Shown here in pieces: positions 15,681 through 27,600 of a stretch of 39,454 bases of DNA. The notes beneath the pieces are model-generated. The model saw nothing but the letters and a program-made list of their open reading frames with translations, ran no database searches and was not told the origin of the DNA. Numbering within the stretch: position 1 is the stretch's first letter; each line of letters starts with the position of its first letter. Source of the stretch: a virus (taxonomy: Duplodnaviria; Caudoviricetes); IMG/VR virus record IMGVR_UViG_3300042879_001567, positions 1-39,454 of that record; one strand, 5' to 3'. The position numbers and the translations under genes were made by a program.

Positions 15681-16171
15681 GTGCTTGCCTTCCTGCGCTT
15701 CTGCGCCTTGCGATAGGCCGCGTCGAACTCGGGGTCCGACCTCAACGCGGCAACCAGTTCCCGCTCCGACTCCGGGCGAGACTCATCCAATGTATCCACG
15801 GCAAGCTCGGCCGTAGCGACCTTGCGCCTGGGCAGCCACCCGATGGCGATGCGGATGGCCGTGAACGCGCCCGACTGCCACAGCATGAACGCGATGGCGG
15901 CGACCGCGAAGCCGACCCCCCACCACTTCAGCGTTGACAGCCATGCCGGCGTCTTGTCCTGCACGGCCGGCAGCTCCTCGTGGATGCCTGCGGCAAGGCC
16001 GTCGATCCTGGTCGCGCCGTCAACAACCACGGGGTCGCCGACCTCGTTGCCGTGCGTCACGAGCGCGTGCGCCTCGGTGCGGATCTCGTTGGTGTTCCTG
16101 GCGATCCGCGCCACCGGACTGCACCCGACCAGCGCCGCACAGAGCAGCACGGCAGCCGACCTCACAGCCAC
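15677..16171 (-). CDS. Lipoprotein with an internal TM helix (unimolecular spanin-like)
   Basis: Lipobox LVGC at aa 14-17; TM segment WWGVGFAVAAIAFMLW. Confidence 0.55.
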   Translation of the reverse strand: MAVRSAAVLLCAALVGCSPVARIARNTNEIRTEAHALVTHGNEVGDPVVVDGATRIDGLAAGIHEELPAVQDKTPAWLSTLKWWGVGFAVAAIAFMLWQSGAFTAIRIAIGWLPRRKVATAELAVDTLDESRPESERELVAALRSDPEFDAAYRKAQKRRKAST

Positions 16172-16464
16172 ACCCTGTATGGGACGCTCGGCAGCGGGTC
16201 AAAGGTCGGCAGCGCCTCGACCTGCTCCTCGGTGAGTTCGATGGTCACCCGCAGGTTCGCGTGGTACTCCGGGTGACCCGGCTTGATGATGATGCCGTCC
16301 GGGTCAACCTGCGCCGGGATCGGCCCAATGCGGTCGAGGTAGACGCCGGGGACGGGCTGCACGGTGACCTCGCCGTCCTCGTCGGTGACTTCCTGTGCGA
16401 CCCCTGCGGCGATGAGGGCATCGTCCAGCAGTTCTTCGGTGGCGGTGCGGAGGAGGTAGTCCAT
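16162..16464 (-). CDS. Fibre-associated protein, 100 aa
   Basis: MDYLLR...LDRIGPI...YHANLRV...P.RVW; immediately follows the fibre gene. Confidence 0.6.
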   Translation of the reverse strand: MDYLLRTATEELLDDALIAAGVAQEVTDEDGEVTVQPVPGVYLDRIGPIPAQVDPDGIIIKPGHPEYHANLRVTIELTEEQVEALPTFDPLPSVPYRVWL

Positions 16465-16468
16465 GTGA

Positions 16469-18265
16469 TTACAGGGTGGTCAGGGCGTTGATAAATGACT
16501 GTGACTGCGAAATAGGCCAGAACTTGATCGCTCGAAGCCATCCGTATATCTGCGTCGGGCCGGGAGCAAACATCCTGATTCGATCAATGCTGCTCGGAGA
16601 TGCGCCGTTGTCGCCTGCAATGCCACTGAATGTCGCACCGTTCTGCGAAAATCTGTAATCAGCAGTTCCATACGCGAACGCAGACTTGGCCCGTGCCGTT
16701 GCTGTCGGAGTGAACTGCCTTGCGGTTGTTCCGCCCCGAGTCGCAATCGCAATGCCCCGACGAATCGAAAGCCTGTTCGTTTCGCTTCCGCCTGAGTTGT
16801 CCGCAAGTTGAATCCCAGATTGGTTCCCAGACAGCGCGGTGTATTCGACATCCGTGTAAAAGGTTCCCTGTGCAGCCGTGTACCACGATCCTATTGCGAA
16901 GTTCGTTGCATCCATGAGGCATTCATCCGCACTCCTGCTCCCCGTGCTTGCCCCGGTCGGGATATAAGAACTGGCCCCGTTTCCTGCCTCGGCCTGTGCG
17001 CCATACACCAAATACCCGTCTGCCCCAACAACAGTATCTACACGCAGACGCATTCTCGCATTTGCTGGCGTTGCGGATGTGGTTACGGTGTATGTGACAC
17101 GATACCAACCATCACGAAATGCGGTGTATCCCCAGCCAACTGTTGTACCACTAGTAGTTGACGCATTTGGATTGTTGAAATCGAAATTTACTCCTCCTCC
17201 AGTTCCTACCCAAGCCGAACCAGTTCCAGTCGCAAGACTTGCATACTGATTTGTTCCCACCTTCTTGACAAAGCACGACAAGGTGTAGACGGTGTTTGCC
17301 GCCAAACCAAGCGCAGTTTCGATGTAATTGCCAGTAGTACCAATGGCAATTTTGGTCGCATTATTTAGACCATCTGGAGATGGGCCTTGAGAACCCTGAA
17401 CAACAATTCCAGTTCCAATTTGCGACCAGTAGGTTGCATTCGATAAATCAACACTACTAAAGACTAGGTTGTTCGCGCTTCCCTCAATCAGCAGTCCTCG
17501 CGGAGTGCCGATGGAGGTCGGGTCGTAGTCGAAGCGGGGGCCGTGGTATTCAGAAGGGCTTGCACCAGAAGAAGTATTGACAACATACGGAAGAGGAAAT
17601 GTGCCGTCCCACAGTCCAAAGCGCGGACGCGCAAATGTCACTGTCGCCGTTACATTTCCAGATGTTCCAACACCAAAGAATGGAGTGGAGTTTGCTGCTG
17701 TCGGAGAGTCCGCAACGAATGTCAGCGTGCATGGCCCTACTACAGTGCCGCTCGTATACAGATTGCTGTTGATGTAGTACACGCTGTTTGTCAGCGTTCC
17801 ATCACGAAGCAATTGCGTTGGAATAAGCCCGGTGTCCCCGTTGCTGGTTATGTCAACCGACACAATAATGCGGCGTCCAGATCCAGCGAAACTCGTAATC
17901 CTGTTTATGGTGCAACGGCCACCAGATGCAGACATGGTGACCGAGCCATCGCCATTGAATGTGGCGGTTCCAGCCGTAAACCCATACGACCATCCGACAT
18001 TCGATAGTGTTGGGTTGCTTCCAGAAATACCCGCAAAGTTGGTATTGAAAAACAGGTTTTGTTCGGCGTACTTCACCAGCCCGCTAGCGTTGATGAACGT
18101 GGCGTTACTGGCGCGGGTCAACGTCAGGCGCGGGTCGAGCGTGTTGCCCATCGTCGTGAAGTCCAACGACAACGTGCTGCCGTCGCCGAGGTTGTTCATC
18201 AGCAGCAGCTGCTCGTCCGCGCTCCTGGCGAACGGGCGATGGAATCGGCCGAGGAGGCTACGCAT
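16469..18265 (-). CDS. Head-spike/tail fibre protein with lectin/CBM-like beta-sandwich domains
   Basis: SLDF..., TRASNATF, PRFDYDP..RGLLIEG, GWYRV, GAQAEAG..ASSYIPT. Confidence 0.75.
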   Translation of the reverse strand: MRSLLGRFHRPFARSADEQLLLMNNLGDGSTLSLDFTTMGNTLDPRLTLTRASNATFINASGLVKYAEQNLFFNTNFAGISGSNPTLSNVGWSYGFTAGTATFNGDGSVTMSASGGRCTINRITSFAGSGRRIIVSVDITSNGDTGLIPTQLLRDGTLTNSVYYINSNLYTSGTVVGPCTLTFVADSPTAANSTPFFGVGTSGNVTATVTFARPRFGLWDGTFPLPYVVNTSSGASPSEYHGPRFDYDPTSIGTPRGLLIEGSANNLVFSSVDLSNATYWSQIGTGIVVQGSQGPSPDGLNNATKIAIGTTGNYIETALGLAANTVYTLSCFVKKVGTNQYASLATGTGSAWVGTGGGVNFDFNNPNASTTSGTTVGWGYTAFRDGWYRVTYTVTTSATPANARMRLRVDTVVGADGYLVYGAQAEAGNGASSYIPTGASTGSRSADECLMDATNFAIGSWYTAAQGTFYTDVEYTALSGNQSGIQLADNSGGSETNRLSIRRGIAIATRGGTTARQFTPTATARAKSAFAYGTADYRFSQNGATFSGIAGDNGASPSSIDRIRMFAPGPTQIYGWLRAIKFWPISQSQSFINALTTL

Positions 18266-18277
18266 GATGCGCTCCCG

Positions 18278-18820
18278 TCAAAGGAAGGAGTAGAAGCAGC
18301 CCATCGTTCCCGTCGAGGACTCAAACTGCAGGGTGATGTACTGCAGGCCGACCGTGTCAATCAACGCGCCGGCAGGCGGGGTGCCAATTGCGGCGGCCGT
18401 GCCGGGGCTGTACAGGTTCACGGTGGGAACGCCGGTCGCAGCGGTGATCGCGTGGAAGAAGTACTGCGCCGTGCCGTTCACCGTCAGGTTCGGGATGCTG
18501 CCGGGGGTGCCGTTGTACGCGCACGCCAGGTCGCACAGCAGCGTCGGGACGTACACCGGGGTGCCGCTCGTCTGCGTGTAGGTTGACCAGCCGATCACGC
18601 GCACGCTCGGCGTGGTCGCGTTGTTGGCGCTGTGGAACGGGACGATCCGCAGCAGGCTCGGCTTGTCGCCGAGGTTCGTCGGCACCAGGAACGTCTGCCC
18701 GGTCGTGGACGGGATCGTGGCGGTCGGGACGGCGGCGTCGTAGGTTCCGCTCGAGGCGGTGACGAGTCCGCTGGTTCGGTACTCCGGCTTGTCGGTGGCG
18801 ATGACGATGTCGGTAGGCAT
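18278..18820 (-). CDS. Thr-rich virion structural protein, 180 aa
   Basis: Beta-rich composition; located between fibre genes; RBS AAGGA. Confidence 0.55.
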   Translation of the reverse strand: MPTDIVIATDKPEYRTSGLVTASSGTYDAAVPTATIPSTTGQTFLVPTNLGDKPSLLRIVPFHSANNATTPSVRVIGWSTYTQTSGTPVYVPTLLCDLACAYNGTPGSIPNLTVNGTAQYFFHAITAATGVPTVNLYSPGTAAAIGTPPAGALIDTVGLQYITLQFESSTGTMGCFYSFL

Positions 18821-18829
18821 GGTGTTCCT

Positions 18830-19054
18830 TTAGGCGAATGCCTTGATGACGTAGTTGGCGACCAGCCCTAGGATGCCGCCGGCGGCGGCCGCGTATCCCA
18901 GGATGTGGCTCTTCGACTGCTCGAGGTGACGAATGCGCTCGTCGTGCGACTTGATCTCGTCGTTCTGCCGCGACTGCTGGGCGAGGATCGAGTCGATCTT
19001 CCCCTCGAGGCGACCGATGGCGAGGAAGAGTTCGTCGTGGTGCTGCATGGTCAT
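18830..19054 (-). CDS. Coiled-coil plus C-terminal TM protein (XhlA/holin-like)
   Basis: IGRLEGKIDSIL...RIRHLEQ...GYAAAAGGILGLVA. Confidence 0.55.
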   Translation of the reverse strand: MTMQHHDELFLAIGRLEGKIDSILAQQSRQNDEIKSHDERIRHLEQSKSHILGYAAAAGGILGLVANYVIKAFA

Positions 19055-19057
19055 CTC

Positions 19058-21628
19058 TTATGCGATGTCGGCGCGTGCGATTTCGACCCAATCGCCGCCG
19101 TTGTAGTAAAGCGTGATGTTGTCCTGCAGGTTATTCATCGTGAAATCACCTGCTAAACGAAGGTTCCCGGTGTTGTCCTTCACGACGATGTCCTTGGTGC
19201 TTGCCGTCTGGCCGATGGTGATCTGCTGTCCAAGGATTCCGCCGTTGATGGTGTCAAGATCATCCGTTCCGGCACCACCCTCGGTATCGATGATGTACAC
19301 GCCATTGCCGCCGTGCGGAAGCGTCACGACGCCTGAAGCGATCACTAGGGCTGGATACTGCGTTCCCTGGACATACGAGATGCCTGTGACCGTGCAGTCC
19401 AGCATGTTGTTGCCGTTGCCGATCACCACGTTCGACGTCGTTCCTGTGATGCGGATGCCCCAGCCGCCTGCTGGCGATGGCATTCGTGCCACGTTGTTCG
19501 ACACCGTCACGTTCGACGCATCCGTGATCCTGATGCAGGCGCTGCTGCTTGTTCCATTCGCGCCGTTGACGCCGTACTGGACAACGTTTCCGTTGATGAC
19601 GCCGTAGGTGCCTCGGCACTGCAGAATGCTGCCTGCGACAGCCGTGGTCTGCACGATGTTGCAGTCGCTCACGACGAAGCGCCTGACATCGGTATCGATG
19701 TAGAAGGCTCCGCTTGTTGATGCGCCTGAAACGTAGCAGCCATCGACGCTCACGTTGCTGATGAACCTCGTCGCAGCTGGATTGATCTCGATTCCGCTGC
19801 TCGAGGCATCGCGGAACGAGCTGTTGCTTACGCGGATCAGCAGCGTGTCGGTGCTGTTCTGCGTGCTGCCGGATGCGATGGAAAGCCCGGTCGATCCGCC
19901 GAAGGTGCTTGACCCATCGACAATGAACTCGTTCTCCGTGATCGTCGTGTGGGTCGCAAGCGTGATGCCGTTGGTTGCCGGCGACGTCACGGTGCATCCG
20001 ATGACCTGCCCGGACCCGCACTCGAGGTTAAACCCGCTTGCGGCAGAACCAACAGACATGCAGTTCGAGAAGAGGATGCCTTCGGCGTTCGCGTGCGTGT
20101 CGAATGCATCCCCGGTGTTGATCGTCCCGAACGACCTGCAGTTCGAGTACGTGATGCGGCGGTTGATGCCGACGCTTCCAGTCGCCTTGGTGTTCGTCAC
20201 AGCATGCCGGCAGCGCAGGAACGAGCTGTTCGCGACGATGCAGTCCTGGCAGCAGTCAACGATGTTGACGCCGTATCCCGTGGTCGTTGCCAAGGCATCC
20301 TCGACGTACACATCATCGATGACGCAGAAGAGGCAGCTCGTGAGCCGAATCGTGTTGCCGTTGAAGTACCGCGCACGGATGCGGTGGATTCGGCTATTTA
20401 TGGCTTGGTCGAACCGAACCGCGGTCTGCAGGTTCGTCGCGAGCGATGGACCGAGGAACTGACCGCCCTCAACGATCACGTTCTCAACGAACGTGACCTT
20501 GCGGACCTGCGCTGACTGCGCCGTGTTGTATGCCCCACCGACCAGCGGAGTGCGGAGCGTGATGACGCCGGTTCCGGTGTTTACCGATGCGACCTGCGCG
20601 ATCTCCGCGATGGGGGCATCCGTCCATCCGGTGTCGTACACGGTCGAGGAAGAAACCTGCACCCAATCGCCGGCGGCGAAGAACAGGCTGTTCGCAGTCG
20701 ATACGGTCAGGGTGGTCGCACCAACGACCGCATTCGCCGTCAGGCTGTACCAGGTACCCATCGTCCCGGCCGCGTAGAAAGCAGTGGACGGCGACCCGGA
20801 AGCTGTCGATGACATGTCAATCACCGCATCGTCATCGAGCAGGATGTTGGTATTCGACCCGACCGTGATCGTGCTGTCGATGACATACGTACCGGGAGGG
20901 AAGTAGATGGTCCCGCCGACGTTCACTGCCGCCTGCACGGCCGCGACGTCATTCGTTACGCCGTCGCCAGCGGCACCGAAGTCCTTGACGCTGACGGAGT
21001 CGCGCAACTTGGACAGGACGGTACGTCCAGTCGCGCTCGCACCGGACTGACGGAACCCGACGAGTCCTGCGCCGGCGGAAGCGAACGTGTTGACGGCGAG
21101 ATCCGTGCGGAGCGCCGTGTCCGTGCCTGTTCCGCTTGAAACGCTCGGCTGTCCGCTGGCGTCGAAGATCAGGTACTTGCCTTGCCGAGCCGACGCTGTC
21201 GGAAGCGTCATGTCAAGTCCGATGCCGTCCGAGATCGGGATCTTGACGGTGCGGTCGCCGATGTCGCTGATCTGCTGGATCTGGATGGTCGCACGGTCAA
21301 GGCTGTCCGTGATGACCTCCGGGTAGAAGCCGCCTTGGTTCGTCAGGTCGGTCGGCTGCAGGTTCGCGATGCTCGAGGTGATTGTCAGCGTCTGCGTTGC
21401 AGTCAGCGCGCCGGCGACCAGCGTCACCGTTCCGCCCGGATTCGAGTTCTGATCGCCATTCAGCGAAACCGTGTAGTCGGTCGTGAGAAAAAGAACGGAC
21501 TCGACGCCCGTTGATGAGTCGAAGCGAACGACGTCTAGATCGGCCGCAGCGAACACCTTGAACGCAAACGCGAACGACGATCCACTCGTGTACGGGCCTG
21601 CGATTCTGGTCGTGCTGGAAATCGTCAT
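19058..21628 (-). CDS. Tailspike with T7-gp17-like anchor and pectate-lyase-like beta-helix (putative depolymerase)
   Basis: N-terminal FAFKVF...DYTV...DLTNQGGFYPEVI.DSLDR; VSVKDFGAAGDGVTND; IYFPPGTY; beta-helix repeats. Confidence 0.85.
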   Translation of the reverse strand: MTISSTTRIAGPYTSGSSFAFAFKVFAAADLDVVRFDSSTGVESVLFLTTDYTVSLNGDQNSNPGGTVTLVAGALTATQTLTITSSIANLQPTDLTNQGGFYPEVITDSLDRATIQIQQISDIGDRTVKIPISDGIGLDMTLPTASARQGKYLIFDASGQPSVSSGTGTDTALRTDLAVNTFASAGAGLVGFRQSGASATGRTVLSKLRDSVSVKDFGAAGDGVTNDVAAVQAAVNVGGTIYFPPGTYVIDSTITVGSNTNILLDDDAVIDMSSTASGSPSTAFYAAGTMGTWYSLTANAVVGATTLTVSTANSLFFAAGDWVQVSSSTVYDTGWTDAPIAEIAQVASVNTGTGVITLRTPLVGGAYNTAQSAQVRKVTFVENVIVEGGQFLGPSLATNLQTAVRFDQAINSRIHRIRARYFNGNTIRLTSCLFCVIDDVYVEDALATTTGYGVNIVDCCQDCIVANSSFLRCRHAVTNTKATGSVGINRRITYSNCRSFGTINTGDAFDTHANAEGILFSNCMSVGSAASGFNLECGSGQVIGCTVTSPATNGITLATHTTITENEFIVDGSSTFGGSTGLSIASGSTQNSTDTLLIRVSNSSFRDASSSGIEINPAATRFISNVSVDGCYVSGASTSGAFYIDTDVRRFVVSDCNIVQTTAVAGSILQCRGTYGVINGNVVQYGVNGANGTSSSACIRITDASNVTVSNNVARMPSPAGGWGIRITGTTSNVVIGNGNNMLDCTVTGISYVQGTQYPALVIASGVVTLPHGGNGVYIIDTEGGAGTDDLDTINGGILGQQITIGQTASTKDIVVKDNTGNLRLAGDFTMNNLQDNITLYYNGGDWVEIARADIA

Positions 21629-21659
21629 CTCTTCGGCTCCCTCGACATTGGGGGTGATT

Positions 21660-24600
21660 CTACCTTTGCTGGACGCCCATCACGGCGGAAAGCGGATTCT
21701 CAGTCTCTCCCTCCGACAGCGCCTCAAGGCCGTCGATGGTGCGGTTGATCTGCGCGCTCGGCAGGCCCAGGCCGATGCCGAGCAGGTCCACGGCCGAGCG
21801 GCGGAAGCCGCGGTCGAACTCGCCCTGCATCGCCTGCTGCACGAACCTCTGCGACGTCACGATTCCACGCAATCCAGCCGGACCCTCGTATCCGCGCATC
21901 TCGCCGTCAATCGCGCCGGACAGTCCCTGGAACTCGCGAAGGTACGGAAGAGTGCCGATCAGGTATTCGGCCTCGGCGCGTGTCAATTTCGCGGCGATCT
22001 TCTGAAGATCCTTCTCCTCGACGTCGTCATCGTCGGGCGTCAGTATTTCCTTGAGTACCTGCTCGACCATCACCGGGATGACAAGCACCAGCAGCATGTC
22101 GTGCGCCAGCTTGCCCTTGCTGCGTGCATTCATTGCCTGCACGGTCGATAGGTTCAGGACGGTGTTGAAGTACGAATAGAACACCGTGAACAGCTTGGCA
22201 AGCCCCTGTTCGCGCTCGATGCGAGACAGATCCTTCAGCAGGCCGCTGCCCTGCGTTGCAATGACGTCCTGGTCGGCCATCGCGCTGGCAGTAGCCTCGT
22301 CCTTGCCGGCGGCAAGCGCGTTCTCGTAGCCGGCCAGCCATGTCGGGATGTCAACGAGCCGCTGCATCGAAAGCATCATCGTGTATGCATGCGACTGCAT
22401 AATCCTCTGCCAGCCACGCTGCCCACGGACGCGATTGCGGATCTCGTTCAGCTCGCGGAATTGAGTCCTCGAACGCATCTCCATGAACTTGCTCATGGAA
22501 TTGACACGGCGCATGGCCTCGCGTGGATTCGTTGCAAGGACGCTGATTCCGCGCAGCAGCGGGCCATAGCCAACCCTGACAATGGAATTGGAGAACCCGG
22601 TGAGCTGCATGAGCGCACCGCGCACCGAATACCCGAGGCCGGCCACGCTCACGTTCTGACGAAGGTACGAGGACGCAACCGCGCCGGCGCTCATCATTCC
22701 GCGGTTGCCGGTTGCGTTGTCCTCAATCCATCTCTTCAGTTCGATGAGGAACTGGTCGCCGTACCTCGAGCGCACCACGGAATCGAAGTCGGCGCTGTTG
22801 AGGAGCCTGTTCGCGTCAATCAGCCATTCATGCCATGCCAGGTCGTGGATGACGTCGGTCACGCCGCTCCACAAGCCCTGCAGGCTGTACAGGATCGGCT
22901 TGTTCTCGACCTTAGCGGCACGCTCCTTCGTGAACGTCCTGCGGGTCGTGGCCGCCGTGTATGCGCCCCTGAGCTGCTCCTGGGCCTGCTCGACCTCCGA
23001 CTGCTTCTGGGCGGTCATGTTGGCGACAGGGTCGTACACGATTGGGTAGTACCCGCCGCGCAGAGTCTTGGTCTGCCCGTCAACCGTGCGGACGATCAGC
23101 TCCTGCGGCTCGACCCAGTTCGGCTCGCGGCCGTACAGGCGACGCTCCTTCTCGGCGATGAGCGGCCTGTACTCGTCCATGAAGTCCCAGACCTTCTGGA
23201 CCGCATCCCATTCCTCCGACGTCAGCGTCTCGAGGACGGGACGGAGCTGCTCCATCGTCCACCCTTCGCCGTCGAGCAGTCGCTGGATGTTGCCGGCATT
23301 GCCCATGTTCAGGGCGATTGCCAGCCGCGCCTCGCGGGTCAGCGACCTGTTGATGGACGGGAACATAGGTGCGCCGCCCATCATGCTCCCGCCGCGGAAC
23401 CACGGCTCTAGGATCTCGTTGATCCGCTCCGTGGCCTTGGCGTTCATCTCCGTCTCCATGTTCGCACGCTCGCTCGCCGTGCGTCCCATGTACTCCCACA
23501 GCGGGCCGCCTGGGCCACCGTCGAGGATCTCGATGATCGCCCATGCCTTGATCGTGGACCCGAAGAATCCTCGGAACCGGGCTGCTGCCTTTCCGGCCTT
23601 GGTCTGCGCCGAACGCCGGATCTTCTCGTCGCGACCCTTCGACCGTGCGACGGCCGTGGTTCGCTTGATGATGCCTTCCTTCACCTCGTTGAACTTCGCC
23701 TTCTGCTTCTCGAGCAGCACCTTCTGCTCGTGCTTGCCCATGTACTCGATGGTGCGGACGGCCTCCACCAGCTCGCGGAACTGCTCGAGCGTCAGTTCCT
23801 TGTACGGGACGCGGAACGCGGCCTTGGCGAGGTCCTCGGAGATGTCGGGCTTAATGCCGTCAGCCTCCATCTTCTTCAGCCAGTCGCCGAGATCGGCCAT
23901 CCGCTGGCGCTGCTCGGCCGACATTGCCACCAGGTTGACGTTCGCCAGCAGAGCCTCGATCTGGTCCGCGTACTCCGCGCCCATGCGCTTGCGGTTCTCG
24001 GCGCGAAGCACCTTCCGCAGGTACTTGACCTGCTTGTCAACGAATGCCGTCGCCTTCCGAGCCTCGGCGGCCAGTTGGTTCTGGTAGAGCTGCGCCCGCT
24101 TCGCCCGGATCACCAGCAGGTCCGCATTGACGTTCCCGTAGTTATCGGTGAATCGCTGGATCTCGGCGGCCGACTTCTGCATGGAGGCGGCCCGTGCGGC
24201 CTCTCCGGCGGCTTCTGCGGCCTCCGTGGCGGCCAGGAGGGCTTCGGGCGTGTCTTCGCGGGGAGCGGCCAGGACGGCGTTCTTGGCCCGCGTATAGGCC
24301 GCCTGGGCGGCTGCTGCCGGGTTCCCGCCGGCGCGGCGGGCGTTGGCGGCATCGCGGGCCGCCCGCGCCTCGGCGGCCTCGTGTTCCCGCGGGTTGATGT
24401 TCTTCAGGCGCTTGCCGCCGATGATGTCCTCGGCAGCGATCCGGGCCGCCTCGAGCATGACCCGGACGGGTTCCGTTGCACGCGAGATGTGGCGCAGCTC
24501 CACGGCAATGAACCGCGCCCTGGCCTCGTTGTGGACGGCCATTGCGATCCGCTGCTCGCGGGCCGCCGGCGAGTCCATTTCCCCGTACCGCTCCTGCATC

Positions 24601-27600
24601 AGCGCGTCGGTTCGCTCCTCGATGGCGTCCTTCATCGGCTTTGCGCCGACGAGGTCACGGATCATGGTGTCAGCACTCGGGTATCCGAACGTCTCGGCGA
24701 CCATGCGCGGGTCCAGCCCTTCCGTCGCGAGCATGCCGCCCCTGCCGGTGCCGAGCTTCCGCCAGTCAGGCTGGAGGATCGCAGGCACGGCCATCCCGGT
24801 CGCACGGATTGCCGCCACCGATTCCTCGGTCGGGATGCCCTGGTAGACGGTTTCGACGCCGGCGATGGACAGCCTGTGGGGACCGTCAACCTTGATTTCC
24901 TCGCCGGCATCGTCGCGGAACATGCCCGTCCGCAGGTAACCCTGCACCCGGTACACGAGGCGTCCGCGCACCTCGGCCTCGGCCTCCTTGCGGACCTCGC
25001 GCCGGCGGGACTCCATGTCCTTCGTCTCCTCGCGCTCGGCGCGGGCGCGTGCGCGGCGCAGCCAGCCGACCTGCGCGAGGCTCGCCTTCGTCAGGTCAGC
25101 GATGGCCTGCTCGTCGGCTTCCTCGTTCATCTGGACGTAGGCCGCCCACGTGGCGTCGTCCATGTTCGCCTCTTCCTGCGTCTGGAAGTGCGGAGCCATC
25201 GACTGCACGGCCTGGTAACGGCGGATCTGCTCCTCGCTCGCGAGCATGCGGTCCATCACCTGCCGAACCTCGTTGGTCAGGATCGGCAGGTCGCGCCCGA
25301 ACTCGCGGCGGTAGATGGTGGCAGGCGTCTCCGTGATTGTCTTGTACAGACGGGTCAGGTACGAGCGGAACCTGCTGAACAGGCCGCGCAGCTCCGCGCT
25401 CGGAGCCTTGCCATCCCATGCGTAAATCTCGAAGCTGTACGCGAACTGCTCGTGGTACTTGCGCTGCTGCTCGACGGTCATGCCGAGCCACGATTCAAGC
25501 CGCGCCTCCGGCGTTGCGCCGGCAATGCCGAACCACTTCAGCAGCTCGTTGATGTCGGCCTTGACCTGCGCCGGCGCGTCGGGCTGCTGCGCGATCTGCG
25601 TGTAGATCGTGAGGAAGGCGTGCGCCGCCTCGTGGATCAGAGTTGACAGGTCGCCGCCCTTGGCGATTGTCGCGGTCAGGCTTCTCGGGTCGAAGAAGCC
25701 TCGGGCTGGGCCGACTGCGGCTTGGGAGTACCTGCCGAGCTGCTCGTTGACAAGTCGGGACGCTTCGCCCCGAATAGCATCAAGACGCCGCCTCTCGTCA
25801 GCTCGCGCAGGTCTTCCTTGGTCAGCGGCTGCACCTTCGACGGCTGGTTCTGGTTCTCGATCATTGAGGCTCCATGCTTCGCCGTGCTTGATGCTGACGA
25901 TCCGAGGATCGGTGCCAACGGCTTGGTCAATTCTACGCGCCAGTTCCTCGCTGTCAACGCCCGCTTCCAACCCGATAATCATTCTCGAGCCAACGGTGGA
26001 GTGGCCGACCTTCGTGACCTGGTAGAGCTTGTTCTCGTATAGGTCGGCGATTTCTGCCGGCGTGGTTCCGGGCTGCAAGTCGATCACGACCAGGCCGGCA
26101 CGCTCGGACCCGACAAACTCCTCCTGGGAGATCGAGAAGATCGACTCCTGCGACAATACGTACCGGAGTGCCTTCGACACCTGCCGCACCATCGTCGTGG
26201 ACGGAAGCGTCAGCGCGAACGACATGTTCGTCGCTCCGTCCCATCCACCGACCTGTTCCTCGAACGAGCCAGAGATACCGAACTCCGCAAGCACTCGCGG
26301 AATGATCTTGCTTGCGACCTCGCGGCTGATCTGAAAACGAGCCTCCGGCGTCAACGCATTCCACGCTGCCGTCAGTTCGGTGTTTCGCGGATCTGGCGCG
26401 ATCTCGAACATCAGGCGCGTCGCTTCCTGCATCTGCCGGCGAATCATCGGCTCCATCGCGTCCATCAGTTCACGCGACCGACCCGAGTAGGTGGAACCGA
26501 CCGGGAGGTCCGAAGGCTGCGCCACCCACTCCGGCGTCTTGATCCCCTTCGACAGCGTGAACACCTGGTCGCGTGCCGCTTCCAGCGTGATCTCGCCCTT
26601 CATGTACTTGGCCCACACTTCGGCGATGATCGGCTTCAGGGTCTTCTTCTCGGCCGCGACGAACAGTCCACGGATTGCCTCCCAAGTGATCGACTGCTCC
26701 TCGCGTGCGATGATGCCTCGCTTCGCGGCAGCACGCTTGTACGCCTCGAAGATGATCGGATACCCGCCGTGCAGGCCGAGCTTCGCGTCGGAAACGCCGG
26801 CTCCAAGACCCCAGCCGACGACCTCGTCGCTCGCAGACAGCGGCGAAAGGAACGCCGCGGCAATGGCGTGCGTGTCGATGGTCGCGGCGTTGACGTTCTG
26901 CGGGTCGAAGATGTTGTTGTAGAAGTTCCTGACCTTGTGCGCCTTGCCGATCTGGTGGTGGACGTTCTCGGCGCGGCCGTCCTCGAAGACGCTGATGGCC
27001 TTCTGGATGGTCGAGTATGACCCCCAGCGCATCGACATCGGCCCTGATGCGCCCATGCTCGGGCCTGCCATGCCTCCTTCCGGCGTGATGATCGCGAAGG
27101 AACGGTCGTTGTGTTCCTCGTCGAACATGCGGACGAACATCGCAGCCAGCTCGAGATCCCTTGTCGCGAGGACGGTGTTCAGCGTCCCGTTCCGCATCGC
27201 ATTCATTCGGTCGGACGATGACAGCGCATCGAGGTAGGCAAGGCGCTTCCTCTTGCCGTCGAGCATCTTCTCGAGGCGAACGGTTCGCTTCTGCCATTCG
27301 ACGACATCGTCCTCGTACTGCTTGACGCGCTCCGCGAACTGCGCTTCCGTCTCGGCCTTCTGCTGCCCTGGCATCCTCGGAGACTTCGGCCGGTCGCGAC
27401 GGTGGGCAGCCATTTCGGCACGGAGCATCGTCGTCGATTCACCGGCTTCCTGCTTCTCCTCGAGTTCGGTTTCGTATTCCTTGAGCTGCGCCTGCCATGT
27501 CGCGAGATCCGCCTCGTAGGCGGCCTTCATTTCCTCGCGCTTGGCGTCGAACTCCTTCTTCCGCGCCTTGAATGCGGCGTCTGATTCTGCGACAAGCGGC

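Noticed and set aside
16469-21628. Diversity-generating retroelement, as in BPP-1
   Set aside because: No reverse transcriptase motifs and no TR/VR repeat pair were seen.
23730-25646. Long plus-strand ORFs antisense to real genes (also 912..1880 plus and 13519..15054 minus)
   Set aside because: These are shadow ORFs expected from high GC3 codon bias. They have no RBS or recognisable motifs.
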